DNA from: a virus
Taxonomy: Duplodnaviria; Caudoviricetes
Length of the DNA stretch: 35,964 bases
Direction: 5' to 3' (one strand)
Virus record (IMG/VR): IMGVR_UViG_3300046786_000013
Location: 1-35,964 of that record
A program made the position numbers and the translations under genes. How positions within the stretch are numbered: the stretch's first letter is position 1; each line of letters begins with the position of its first letter. Under the pieces are notes generated by a model. It was not told the DNA's origin. It saw only the letters and a program-made list of their open reading frames with translations, and did no database searches. This document shows positions 8,596-17,741 of this stretch, one piece after another.

Positions 8596-10437
8596 ATGAC
8601 AAGCCCATCAAACTCAGACGTTCAGAACTTACTGCCTGTTCAGGCGTATTTTGCTGTTGATGGCACATTTCAGACTTTTATTGGTCAGGGTCAGCCGTTT
8701 TACGCTATTCCAAACCCAGATCAGTCTGGTCTAAACATAACAAACAGCACCATCAATAGCACGACTATTGGGGCTACTACACCATCTTCTGCTGCATTTA
8801 CGACTGCAACTGTATCAACAGCGCCTGTCAGCGGTAACGATGTTGTTAATAAGACATACCTTGATTACTTTGCTGCGGGTCTGTCATGGAAACAGCCTGT
8901 TTTGTGCGCTACAACCACAAACATTACCTTGTCAGGCTTGCAAGCCATTGATGGCGTGACGGTGGTGGCGGGTGATCGTGTTTTGGTCAAGAGCCAATCC
9001 ACAACTTCACAGAACGGCATTTACTTGGCTTCTGCTACGGCATGGTCAAGATCGCCTGATGCTGACACATGGAATGAGTTGGTTTCCGCAATCTGTTTTG
9101 TGGAAGAAGGAAGCACCTATGCGGGAACTGCATGGTATTGCACAGCCCAAGCGGGTGGCACTATTGGCACGACAGCGGTTGTTTGGTCAAACTTCTCTGT
9201 TGCCGCATCTTACACAGCGGGAACGGGTCTAACCCTTGCCGCCAATCAGTTCAGCATCACAAACACAGGCGTGACTGCTGCGGCCTACGGTTCAGCATCT
9301 AAAACGCTGACAGCAACAGTCAACGCACAAGGTCAATTGACTGTGTTGGCTGACACAAACATTGCAATTGCAAACACGCAAGTTTCTGGCCTTGGCACAA
9401 TGTCAACGCAAGCGGCATCTAGCGTGGCGATCACGGGTGGCACTATTGATGGCGTGACCATTGGTGGCGTGACAGCGGGTGCAATTACTGCAAGTTTGTT
9501 TACAGGCCCTGCAACGGGTCTTACAGGCACAGCAACTAGCTTGTCTATTGGTGGCAATGCCGCCACAGCCACAAGCGCCACAACGGCTACAAACCTTGCG
9601 GGTGGTGCAACGGGTTCACTTCCTTACCAAACATCAAGTGGCACAACCACATTGTTGGCTGCGGGAACTGACGGTTATGTGTTGCGTTTGGCTTCAGGCG
9701 TACCCGCTTGGAGTGCTGATTACACGGGAACTGTCACATCGGTCAGCGGTACGGGTACTGTTTCAGGCATCAGTTTGTCAGGAACGGTCACAAGTTCAGG
9801 CAGTTTGACTCTTGGTGGCACTCTTGATTTGTCAAGCCCTCCCGCCATTGGTGGAACGACTGCTAACACGATCACAGGCACAACGATCACAGCAAGCACA
9901 AAGTTTGTTGGAACTAATTTTGATGCTTCAGGCTCTGGTGGTGGTGCATTGCGAACTAACGGTGGTACTTCTGTTTTGCAATGGGGTGGTGGTGGTGGTG
10001 TTAACTTGACGCTTGATGGCGCATTTAACATGAATCCCGCCAACGCAACCATTTCTATTGCCCCAACAGGCACAGGAACGCTGACGGTCAACCCTGCCAC
10101 AGCAGGAACAATGAACAACATGGCAATTGGTGGAACAACCCCATTAGCTGGTGCGTTTACCACTTTGTCAGCCACATCTACTGTGTCGGCTAACGGCTCT
10201 GTCGGTTCTAGTGGTCAGGTGCTAACGTCTGCGGGTGCGGGTTCTCCCGCTGTGTGGTCAACTCCTACAGCCTATGCAACGGTGACTGATGACACAACAA
10301 CCAATGCGACACGTTACCCATTGTTTGCTTCTGTGACCACAGGAAACTTGACCACAGAATACGTCAGTTCTACTAGACTTAAATTTAACCCAAGCACAGG
10401 CGCTTTAACAGCCTCTCAGCTAATCATTGCACCGTAA
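8596..10437 (+). CDS. Tail/head fibre protein
   Basis: WK.PV..ATT.NITLSG.Q.IDGV....GDRVLVK.Q....NGIY fibre domain, IG.TT repeats, GTVTSVSG and G.SGQVLTS.G fibre modules. Confidence 0.8.
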   Translation: MTSPSNSDVQNLLPVQAYFAVDGTFQTFIGQGQPFYAIPNPDQSGLNITNSTINSTTIGATTPSSAAFTTATVSTAPVSGNDVVNKTYLDYFAAGLSWKQPVLCATTTNITLSGLQAIDGVTVVAGDRVLVKSQSTTSQNGIYLASATAWSRSPDADTWNELVSAICFVEEGSTYAGTAWYCTAQAGGTIGTTAVVWSNFSVAASYTAGTGLTLAANQFSITNTGVTAAAYGSASKTLTATVNAQGQLTVLADTNIAIANTQVSGLGTMSTQAASSVAITGGTIDGVTIGGVTAGAITASLFTGPATGLTGTATSLSIGGNAATATSATTATNLAGGATGSLPYQTSSGTTTLLAAGTDGYVLRLASGVPAWSADYTGTVTSVSGTGTVSGISLSGTVTSSGSLTLGGTLDLSSPPAIGGTTANTITGTTITASTKFVGTNFDASGSGGGALRTNGGTSVLQWGGGGGVNLTLDGAFNMNPANATISIAPTGTGTLTVNPATAGTMNNMAIGGTTPLAGAFTTLSATSTVSANGSVGSSGQVLTSAGAGSPAVWSTPTAYATVTDDTTTNATRYPLFASVTTGNLTTEYVSSTRLKFNPSTGALTASQLIIAP

Positions 10438-10446
10438 AGGAAAATC

Positions 10447-11085
10447 ATGGGACAGTTAACTTTTCAAGCAACATTAGGCGGTGCAGTCAATTTGGCTGGC
10501 CCTAATACTGCCTCAACTACTACCTTTACATTGCCCGCTGCTGACGGCACAAACGGTCAATTTCTTCAGACCAACGGTAGTGGAACGCTTGCGTTTGCCA
10601 CTCCTACGGCTGGTGCATCGGTTTCTGCGGCTAATACTTGGACTGCAACACAGACCTTTAACGGCACTTCTAGCACGTTTGGAACGGTGCTATTGGATAG
10701 CGCTGAAACGGTCAACGTGGTGGGTTCTGCGCCCTCTAGCACAACCAATCTTTATGTTCAATCGGGTTCTGTTCAATATTACACAAGCAATGCCGCCAAC
10801 AATTTTGTTGTGAACTTGGCATTCTCTAGCGGTACGTCAATGAATACCGCCTTGTCAACAAACCAATCTGTGACAGCGGCTTTGGTGACTACTCAAAGTT
10901 CTACCGCTTATTACGCAACGTCTGTTCAAGTGGATGGCACAACATCGGGCGTGACAACACGTTGGATTGGTGGCGCACCAACAGCGGGTAATGCGTCAGG
11001 CTTGGACGTTTACCGCTTTGCTGTTATCAAAACCGCAAGCGCAACCTATACTGTTTTGGCTTCATTGACTCAATACAAGGCGTAA
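10447..11085 (+). CDS. Fibre-associated protein
   Basis: LPAADGTNGQFLQTNGSGTL.F and NTWTA.QTF fibre motifs; W.GG.PT.G....D.Y.F C-terminal domain. Confidence 0.7.
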   Translation: MGQLTFQATLGGAVNLAGPNTASTTTFTLPAADGTNGQFLQTNGSGTLAFATPTAGASVSAANTWTATQTFNGTSSTFGTVLLDSAETVNVVGSAPSSTTNLYVQSGSVQYYTSNAANNFVVNLAFSSGTSMNTALSTNQSVTAALVTTQSSTAYYATSVQVDGTTSGVTTRWIGGAPTAGNASGLDVYRFAVIKTASATYTVLASLTQYKA

Positions 11086-11088
11086 ACC

Positions 11089-13725
11089 ATGCCATTACAA
11101 CAGACTTCTGGCAACGTCACGGCAGACGCTTATGGCGGTGGTGTAGCCGCTATTCCTAACTACATCGAGGATGTGTTCAGCACATACCTTTACACAGGTA
11201 ATAGTGCCGCACAAGGTATTTCAAATGGAATAGCTCTTGGCTCAGCCTATGGAGGTAGTGGATACTTCACAGGTAGTAGCTCAGATTTAACAGTTCCAGA
11301 CAATGCTGCATTGGAGCTTGGCTCTAGTAATTTCACAATTGAAGGGTGGGTAAATTACTCAGCTTTACCATCAAGCGGAAGTTTGTATTCATTAGGTGGT
11401 AAATGGGGTGCGCAAGGTGTTTGGTCATATCTTGCAACATTTAGAAATAATGGTGGCACATACCAGTTGACGTTTTTTTACTCAACTGATGGTAGTTCTG
11501 TGTCTTCTGTTGGAGTTAACTGGACTCCTTCTATTAGCACTTGGTATCACCTTGCTTTTGTAAGAAGCGGGTCAAACTTCTATTTCTTTGTCAACGGAAC
11601 TCAGGTTGGTTCAACACAATCTATTTCTGGAACATTTGCAAATACATCTGTAGTTGGTTCAGTTGGTAGTGCAAGCTCTGGTGGTGGTCATTACACAAAT
11701 GGATACATCAGCAATTATCGACTTGTTAACGGCACGGCTGTTTACACAAGCAACTTTACACCAAGCACAACACCTTTGACTGCAATTAGCGGTACTGCGT
11801 TATTGACTTGCCAAGCAAATGGTTTTGTCGATGCAAGTAGCAATGCTTTTACAATCACAAATAACAGCGCTATTTCTGTAACTAACTATGGGCCTTTTAC
11901 TAGTTCTACTGCTGGTAGCGGTGGGATGGTATGGATTAAAAGTCGTTCAGCAGCTACAAACCATGCTTTAGCTGATTCAACAATGAATCTTGCTGCCTTT
12001 GATTGCTTGATCCCAAATGCTACCAATGCAAAAGCTGGAAATGGCGACCTCAACGCTTTTAATTCAAATGGCTTTTCTCTTGGATATTACGCAGGCTCAG
12101 GAAACACTAGCGGAACTACTTACGCCTCATGGACATTCCGCAAGCAATCAAAGTTCTTTGATGTTGTGACTTATACGGGTGATGGGACTAACTCTAGATA
12201 TATTTCTCATTCGTTAGGTTCTGCGCCGGGTTGCATGATGATTAAGGCAACAAGCACCACTTCAAGTTGGTATGTTTACCATCGTGCTGTTGCGTTGCCT
12301 ACCGATACATATTTAGAGTTGAACTCAACATCTGCATCAATCTCTGCATCAAATATGTTCAACGGCACAAACGATGTTCGTTTTAGAGTAAATGATTATT
12401 CTGGAACAAATACCAATGGTGTTACTTATGTCTGCTATCTATTCGCCCACAACGCAGGAGGCTTTGGTCTGACTGGTACAGACAATGTGATTTCGTGTGG
12501 TGGGTTTACTGCTAACTCAAGTGGTGACGCAACAATTAGCCTTGGTTATGAACCTCAATGGTTGTTATGCAAGTTGGCAAATGGTGTTGATGATTGGATT
12601 ATTGTTGACAACATGAGAGGTTGGACTGCTACTGGCGGTGGTAATGCTTTGCGTCCAAATTTAAGTAATGCTGAAGCGGCTAATTATGTGTCGTGGAATC
12701 CAAATTCAACTGGTTGGTACAACTACAATGCTGGTGGTTTTGTAAGCAATGGACAGTACATCTACATAGCCATTCGTAGAGGCCCAATGAAAGTGCCTAC
12801 GGATGCGACTAAAGTGTTTAGCCCAAATACATTTACAGCATCACAAGGAACTGCAATTACAACTGGATTTCCTGTTGATTTGCAATGGCACGCATATAGA
12901 AGTGTTGTGTTTAAGAAAGAAGTGTGGGACAGGTTGCGTGGCGTTTCTACTGTTGCATCTTCACCCAATGTCAATTATTTGCAAACGAATGGCACAAATG
13001 CAGAAGATATTGGTAATGGAACACAATATTGGAATAACACGGGCTATCAAGTCTCTGCTGATGCGGCTACAACTTCAAATAACTTAATTTACAGTTTCAG
13101 ACGCGCCCCTAGCTACTTTGATGAGGTTTGCTATACAGGGACGGGAAGTGCGCAAAACATCACTCATAACTTAGGCGTTGCGCCTGAGATGATGATTGTG
13201 AAAAGTCGTAATGCTGTAAGCACTTGGATTGTTTACGCAGCTCCCCTTGGAAATACATATTCGTTGTCTCTTAACCAGACAACAGCACAAAGTGGCCCAT
13301 CAAGTGCAAACTGGAATTCAACAACGCCAACATCAACACAATTCTCTTTAGGTGCTGGAACAAATGTGAATGGCAACGGAAATACATTTGTCGCCTACCT
13401 ATTTGCCACTTGTGCAGGTGTTTCCAAAGTAGGCTCATACACAGGAAATGGAACAACGCAAACTATTAACTGTGGCTTTGGTGCGGGCGGTGCTAGGTTT
13501 GTGCTTATCAAACGTACTGATGCAACTGGCGATTGGTATGTATATGACACAGCCCGTGGCATGACAACATTGACAGACCCATATTTGTTGCTTAACAGCA
13601 CAGCGGCAGAAACTGCAACGCTTGGTTCTGTTACGACAGTTTCGACAGGCTTTGCTGTTAATGCTTCAATCTTGGCGGCTATCAACACGAATGCCGCAAC
13701 TTACATTTATTTGGCAATTGCATAA
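11089..13725 (+). CDS. Large receptor-binding/fibre protein with LamG (ConA-like lectin) insertion
   Basis: Repeated YTG.G / H.LG..P.MMI.K / W.VY modules; FTIEGW...WYHLAFVR..FVNG...GYISNYR LamG signature. Confidence 0.8.
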   Translation: MPLQQTSGNVTADAYGGGVAAIPNYIEDVFSTYLYTGNSAAQGISNGIALGSAYGGSGYFTGSSSDLTVPDNAALELGSSNFTIEGWVNYSALPSSGSLYSLGGKWGAQGVWSYLATFRNNGGTYQLTFFYSTDGSSVSSVGVNWTPSISTWYHLAFVRSGSNFYFFVNGTQVGSTQSISGTFANTSVVGSVGSASSGGGHYTNGYISNYRLVNGTAVYTSNFTPSTTPLTAISGTALLTCQANGFVDASSNAFTITNNSAISVTNYGPFTSSTAGSGGMVWIKSRSAATNHALADSTMNLAAFDCLIPNATNAKAGNGDLNAFNSNGFSLGYYAGSGNTSGTTYASWTFRKQSKFFDVVTYTGDGTNSRYISHSLGSAPGCMMIKATSTTSSWYVYHRAVALPTDTYLELNSTSASISASNMFNGTNDVRFRVNDYSGTNTNGVTYVCYLFAHNAGGFGLTGTDNVISCGGFTANSSGDATISLGYEPQWLLCKLANGVDDWIIVDNMRGWTATGGGNALRPNLSNAEAANYVSWNPNSTGWYNYNAGGFVSNGQYIYIAIRRGPMKVPTDATKVFSPNTFTASQGTAITTGFPVDLQWHAYRSVVFKKEVWDRLRGVSTVASSPNVNYLQTNGTNAEDIGNGTQYWNNTGYQVSADAATTSNNLIYSFRRAPSYFDEVCYTGTGSAQNITHNLGVAPEMMIVKSRNAVSTWIVYAAPLGNTYSLSLNQTTAQSGPSSANWNSTTPTSTQFSLGAGTNVNGNGNTFVAYLFATCAGVSKVGSYTGNGTTQTINCGFGAGGARFVLIKRTDATGDWYVYDTARGMTTLTDPYLLLNSTAAETATLGSVTTVSTGFAVNASILAAINTNAATYIYLAIA

Positions 13726-13734
13726 GGAAAAATC

Positions 13735-14181
13735 ATGCAAATTAGAATTCGTGAATCAGGCGCAGTCATGTACGAAAGTGAATTTCGTGCGTACCAACAA
13801 GCCAATGATGGCCCGTCTTGGGAAACAACAACAACCGAAGTTTTAGAGTCTTTGGGCGCTAATGTAGTCTTAGAAGGCCCACAAGCCACTCCTACACGTT
13901 ATCAGACAGCTTTTGCTGATGGCGTACAAGAGATTGATGGCAAGTGGTACACAAAATATTCTGTGGCTGACATGAATGCTGATGCCATTGCCGCTACTGA
14001 TGCCGCACAAGCTACTTCTGTACGCACACAGCGTAACGAAAAGCTGTCTGGATCAGATTGGACACAAGTAGCAGACGCACCTGTTGACAAACAAGTTTGG
14101 GCAACATACCGCCAAGCCTTGCGTGACATTACGACTCAAGACGGTTTCCCTTGGTCTGTTACATGGCCTGATGCACCATGA
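13735..14181 (+). CDS. Tail fibre assembly chaperone-like protein
   Basis: R..RN..L..SDWTQ..D.P.....W..YRQALRDIT.Q.GFP....WP motif. Confidence 0.85.
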   Translation: MQIRIRESGAVMYESEFRAYQQANDGPSWETTTTEVLESLGANVVLEGPQATPTRYQTAFADGVQEIDGKWYTKYSVADMNADAIAATDAAQATSVRTQRNEKLSGSDWTQVADAPVDKQVWATYRQALRDITTQDGFPWSVTWPDAP

Positions 14182-14489
14182 GATTTGTCTGGAAAATCTC
14201 CGAATTAAAGGGTGACGAGAAAGCCATTATTCAGGCTAAGTACCTTGTTTCTTTGATTGAAGATGATATGACAATTGAGACTGAAGGATATTGGGACTTT
14301 GATCCTGAAAAGGCAACAATCCCAACATCCCAAGTCACCGAGCAAATGGTGGCAAATTGGATTGATGAAGGCACTACCCAAGACGGTGTAAGTAGCATAA
14401 AATCAAGGCTATTAGAGCAGCTTGAATCGGTCAAAAAACAGCAAGAAATTGCGTTGCCTTGGAAGCCGCCTACGTTTAAATTAAGTTAA
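14178..14489 (+). CDS. Hypothetical fibre-associated protein
   Basis: ATGA overlap; WKI, VTE..V..WI and LPW motifs seen in small fibre-cluster proteins. Confidence 0.6.
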   Translation: MRFVWKISELKGDEKAIIQAKYLVSLIEDDMTIETEGYWDFDPEKATIPTSQVTEQMVANWIDEGTTQDGVSSIKSRLLEQLESVKKQQEIALPWKPPTFKLS

Positions 14490-14498
14490 GGAATCACT

Positions 14499-15479
14499 AT
14501 GGCTGTGCCTTATGACATTGTTAGCAGAGCGCTAAAGGACATTGGTGCATTGGAAGCTGGTGAGACTCCTACTCCAGACGCAGCAAAAGATGCGTTTGAA
14601 ATGATGAACGACATGATTGACCAATGGTCAAATGAAAACATGATGGTTTTCAATGTCACAGAGATTATTTGCCCTGTTATTGCTGGTCAGACTCAATACA
14701 CAATTGGCCCTAATCCATCCACTTTAAACTTTATTGGTGCGTCTTTCACAGGCTCAATTACGGGCAACGTTTTAACCGTGACTGGCATCAATTCTGGTGC
14801 ATTGGCTCAAGGTCAAACGCTAAGTGGCACAGGCATCACGCCTGGCACAAAGATTACTCAGTTTTTGACAGGCGCTGGTGGCAACATCAACGAGACTGGC
14901 ACATACCAGGTTAACATTTCTCAGACCGTTGCATCCACAACCATAACCGCTTACTACCAAAAGCCTTTGAACATTGATTCAGCTTTTGTGCGAGTGAACA
15001 CCACATCCAATGGTCAGCCAATCACAGGCGGTGGTTTGGATTATCCAATGTCGGTTTTGGCTCTCCAAGACTATGAAATGATTGGTTTAAAGACGCTGAA
15101 CGGCCCTTGGCCCAAAGCGGTTTACTTCAACCCGGGCGCTGATTCGGGCAACCTTTTTATTTGGCCCAGCCCCTCCCAGGGCGAACTGCATTTGTTTGCC
15201 AATACATTGTTTAGCCGTTATGACTCAATGTATGAGGATTTGCAGCTGCCGCAAGGCTACTCAATGGCCCTCAGATGGTGTTTGGCAGAGCGTTTGATGC
15301 CCATGTATGGCAAAGCCTCTGCAACGCAAATAACGATGATTCAGACCTTTGCGGGTCAGGCTAAAGCAACCCTCAAGCGCACCAATATGTCACCCTTGCA
15401 AGTGGCGCGTTACCCTGATGCTTTGCTGACGGGTAAAGCAAAAGACGCTGGATGGATTCTCACAGGCGGCTTTATTTAA
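14499..15479 (+). CDS. Head-tail adaptor (P22 gp4-like) with an inserted domain
   Basis: DIV.RAL..IG.L..GETP.....D....N.M...W N-terminus and LP.GY..AL...LA..L.P.YG C-terminus; position before gp10. Confidence 0.8.
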   Translation: MAVPYDIVSRALKDIGALEAGETPTPDAAKDAFEMMNDMIDQWSNENMMVFNVTEIICPVIAGQTQYTIGPNPSTLNFIGASFTGSITGNVLTVTGINSGALAQGQTLSGTGITPGTKITQFLTGAGGNINETGTYQVNISQTVASTTITAYYQKPLNIDSAFVRVNTTSNGQPITGGGLDYPMSVLALQDYEMIGLKTLNGPWPKAVYFNPGADSGNLFIWPSPSQGELHLFANTLFSRYDSMYEDLQLPQGYSMALRWCLAERLMPMYGKASATQITMIQTFAGQAKATLKRTNMSPLQVARYPDALLTGKAKDAGWILTGGFI

Positions 15480-15488
15480 GGGACTACC

Positions 15489-17489
15489 ATGCCAGATTTC
15501 GGTTTTGTTGGCCCAAGTTACGAAGCACCAAGCATTTATCAAGATGCGCAGGAATGTATCAATTTCTTTCCTGAGATTGATCCTGCCAAACAACCAGGTG
15601 AACGTGGGGTAATTGCCCTTTATCCAACGCCAGGACTAACTGTCAAAGCCATCTTGCCCAATATGCAAGAGGTGCGTGGGATTCACACGGTTTCAGGTGG
15701 TGAGCAACTAATTGCCGTTTGTGGCTCTTATGTTTATGCCCTGACAGCCAATCTTGTCCCCTCTGTGATTGGTCAACTTAATTCCAGTTCTGGAATAGTG
15801 CGGATTACAGATAACGGGGTCAATGTTTACATTGTGGACGGTGCTTATCGTTACACCTGGTATATCTCAAGCCCCGCTTCTGCGGTGTTTTATGGATCAA
15901 CAAGTGGCACAACATTGACTGTTTCAAGCGTGTCAAGTGGCACGTTGGCGGTTGGTCAGTCTTTGTTTGGAATTGGAGTGTTGGCTGAAACCGTGATTAC
16001 GGCTTTAGGGACAGGCACAGGCGGTGCGGGTACATACACAATTAACAGAAGCCAGACCGTTGCAGCTGAGACGATGAATTCGGCAGCTGTTGGTGCTGTG
16101 GTAACAGCCACTATTACTGGCTCAGTTATGACCGTTTCTGCGGTTACGTCAGGCACGTTGCACGTTGGTCAAACCATCCAGGGCGCTGGTGTTACGCTTG
16201 GCACAATCATCACGGCCTTGGGAACTGGTACGGGTGGAACAGGCACTTACACACTAAGCGTGGCAAGCACCGTAGCCGTTGGCGTTACCATGTACGGCTT
16301 GAATTTCTCAGTTTTGCCCTCTACTGATGGTGCGTTTAGCGGTGCGAACACCGTGGACATTATTGACAACTACTTTGTCTATAACAACCCAACGACTCAG
16401 CAATGGGGCGCTAGTGATCTTTTGTCGCCTATTTCACCGAACACTAGCTACTCACTAAAAGACGGTGCGCCTGATGACCTGGTGGCTTTGATTGTTGACC
16501 ATCGTGAAGTCTATTTGATGGGTGAAATTTCTTCTGAGGTGTGGACTGATGTGGGAACTGTGCCGTTTCCATTTCAAAGGATTCCTGGAACATCAACCCA
16601 ACACGGTATTGCTGCGCCATTTTCGCTGGCACGTTTAGGAAATTCATTTGCTTATGTATCACGCAACAACCGTGGTCAAGCGCAGATTATGCAAATGCAA
16701 GGGTATGTGCCGCAGCGCATTTCAACCCATGCAGTTGAAAACACATTGGCTAACAAATATGTTGGCGATGCTGTGTCCTGGACATACCAGCTTGAGGGCC
16801 ATGAGGTCTTTGTTGTCACATTCCCATCACTTGAGTTGACCTGGGCTTATGACATAACCACTCAAATGTGGCACAAATGGCTCTACACAACTAACCAGGG
16901 AACATATCAGCGTCACCGTGGCAATTGCTGCGCTGTTTTCCAGGGTTTAGTCATTATTGGCGACTATGAAAACGGTAAGCTGTATGAGTTGGACAAAACC
17001 AATTACACAGATGACGGTCAGAACATTCGCAGATTACGCAGAGCGCCTCACCTGGTAACAGAATTCCAACGTCAATATTTTGATGAATTGCAAATTCAAT
17101 TTCAGCCAGGCGTGGGGACAACGGGCGCAGCTGGGTCTGTTGTTGTTATAGATGCAAACACCATTTATTTGGGCAATACTTATACAATTACGGCTGACGC
17201 AACATTAACAATAGAAGCTGAAAAGCGTTATATTTTGGCGACTCAGCAACTTCCAACAACGCAGACCACAAGTAATCCGCAAGCAATGCTTAGATGGTCA
17301 AATGATGGCGGTTCTACCTGGTCAAATGAACATTGGACAAGCGTTGGTCGGATTGGCAAATACACAAATCGTGCAATTTGGCGCAGATTAGGTCAAGCCC
17401 GTGACAGAATTTTTGAGGTTTCGGTTTCCGATCCTGTTAATTTTGTGATTGTTTCAGCAAATCTTAAAATGCAAGGGGCAGAAAACTAA
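15489..17489 (+). CDS. Tail hub / packaged-DNA stabilisation protein (P22 gp10-like)
   Basis: LYPTPGL, QRISTHAVE, TW.YD..T..WH, GDY.NG.LY, LRWS.DGG.TWSNE and WRRLG..RDR.F motifs. Confidence 0.9.
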   Translation: MPDFGFVGPSYEAPSIYQDAQECINFFPEIDPAKQPGERGVIALYPTPGLTVKAILPNMQEVRGIHTVSGGEQLIAVCGSYVYALTANLVPSVIGQLNSSSGIVRITDNGVNVYIVDGAYRYTWYISSPASAVFYGSTSGTTLTVSSVSSGTLAVGQSLFGIGVLAETVITALGTGTGGAGTYTINRSQTVAAETMNSAAVGAVVTATITGSVMTVSAVTSGTLHVGQTIQGAGVTLGTIITALGTGTGGTGTYTLSVASTVAVGVTMYGLNFSVLPSTDGAFSGANTVDIIDNYFVYNNPTTQQWGASDLLSPISPNTSYSLKDGAPDDLVALIVDHREVYLMGEISSEVWTDVGTVPFPFQRIPGTSTQHGIAAPFSLARLGNSFAYVSRNNRGQAQIMQMQGYVPQRISTHAVENTLANKYVGDAVSWTYQLEGHEVFVVTFPSLELTWAYDITTQMWHKWLYTTNQGTYQRHRGNCCAVFQGLVIIGDYENGKLYELDKTNYTDDGQNIRRLRRAPHLVTEFQRQYFDELQIQFQPGVGTTGAAGSVVVIDANTIYLGNTYTITADATLTIEAEKRYILATQQLPTTQTTSNPQAMLRWSNDGGSTWSNEHWTSVGRIGKYTNRAIWRRLGQARDRIFEVSVSDPVNFVIVSANLKMQGAEN

Positions 17490-17728
17490 TGGCTTCTCCT
17501 GGACTTTCAAGCACGCAACAAGTCAACCCCTATCCACAATCACCGTTTTTGGATGGGGCGACTAATCGTCCAACACGATCATGGCAACAGTTTTTTATTA
17601 ACTTGTTGAACTTCAGTTCTTCTGATACAGCCACGACAGGATCGGCAACGCTTCCCGCCAACCCTGTTGGGTTTATGAATGTCACCGTAAATGGGCAGAC
17701 CTACAAAGTGCCTTACTACAATGTTTGA
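17489..17728 (+). CDS. Short protein at the tail-needle (gp26) position
   Basis: TAATG coupling to gp10; C-terminal AT.GSATLPANPVGF..V.VNG..YKVPYY. Confidence 0.55.
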   Translation: MASPGLSSTQQVNPYPQSPFLDGATNRPTRSWQQFFINLLNFSSSDTATTGSATLPANPVGFMNVTVNGQTYKVPYYNV

Positions 17729-17741
17729 GAGAGCCTAAATT

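Noticed and set aside
9983-10000. (GGT)n run as a G-quadruplex or phase-variable tract
   Set aside because: Only five Gly codons in a Gly-rich fibre; slippage would stay in frame.
11089-13725. Internal repeats in the fibre gene as a possible diversity-generating retroelement target
   Set aside because: The repeats are diverged at protein level. I saw no near-identical template/variable pair differing at adenines and no reverse transcriptase.
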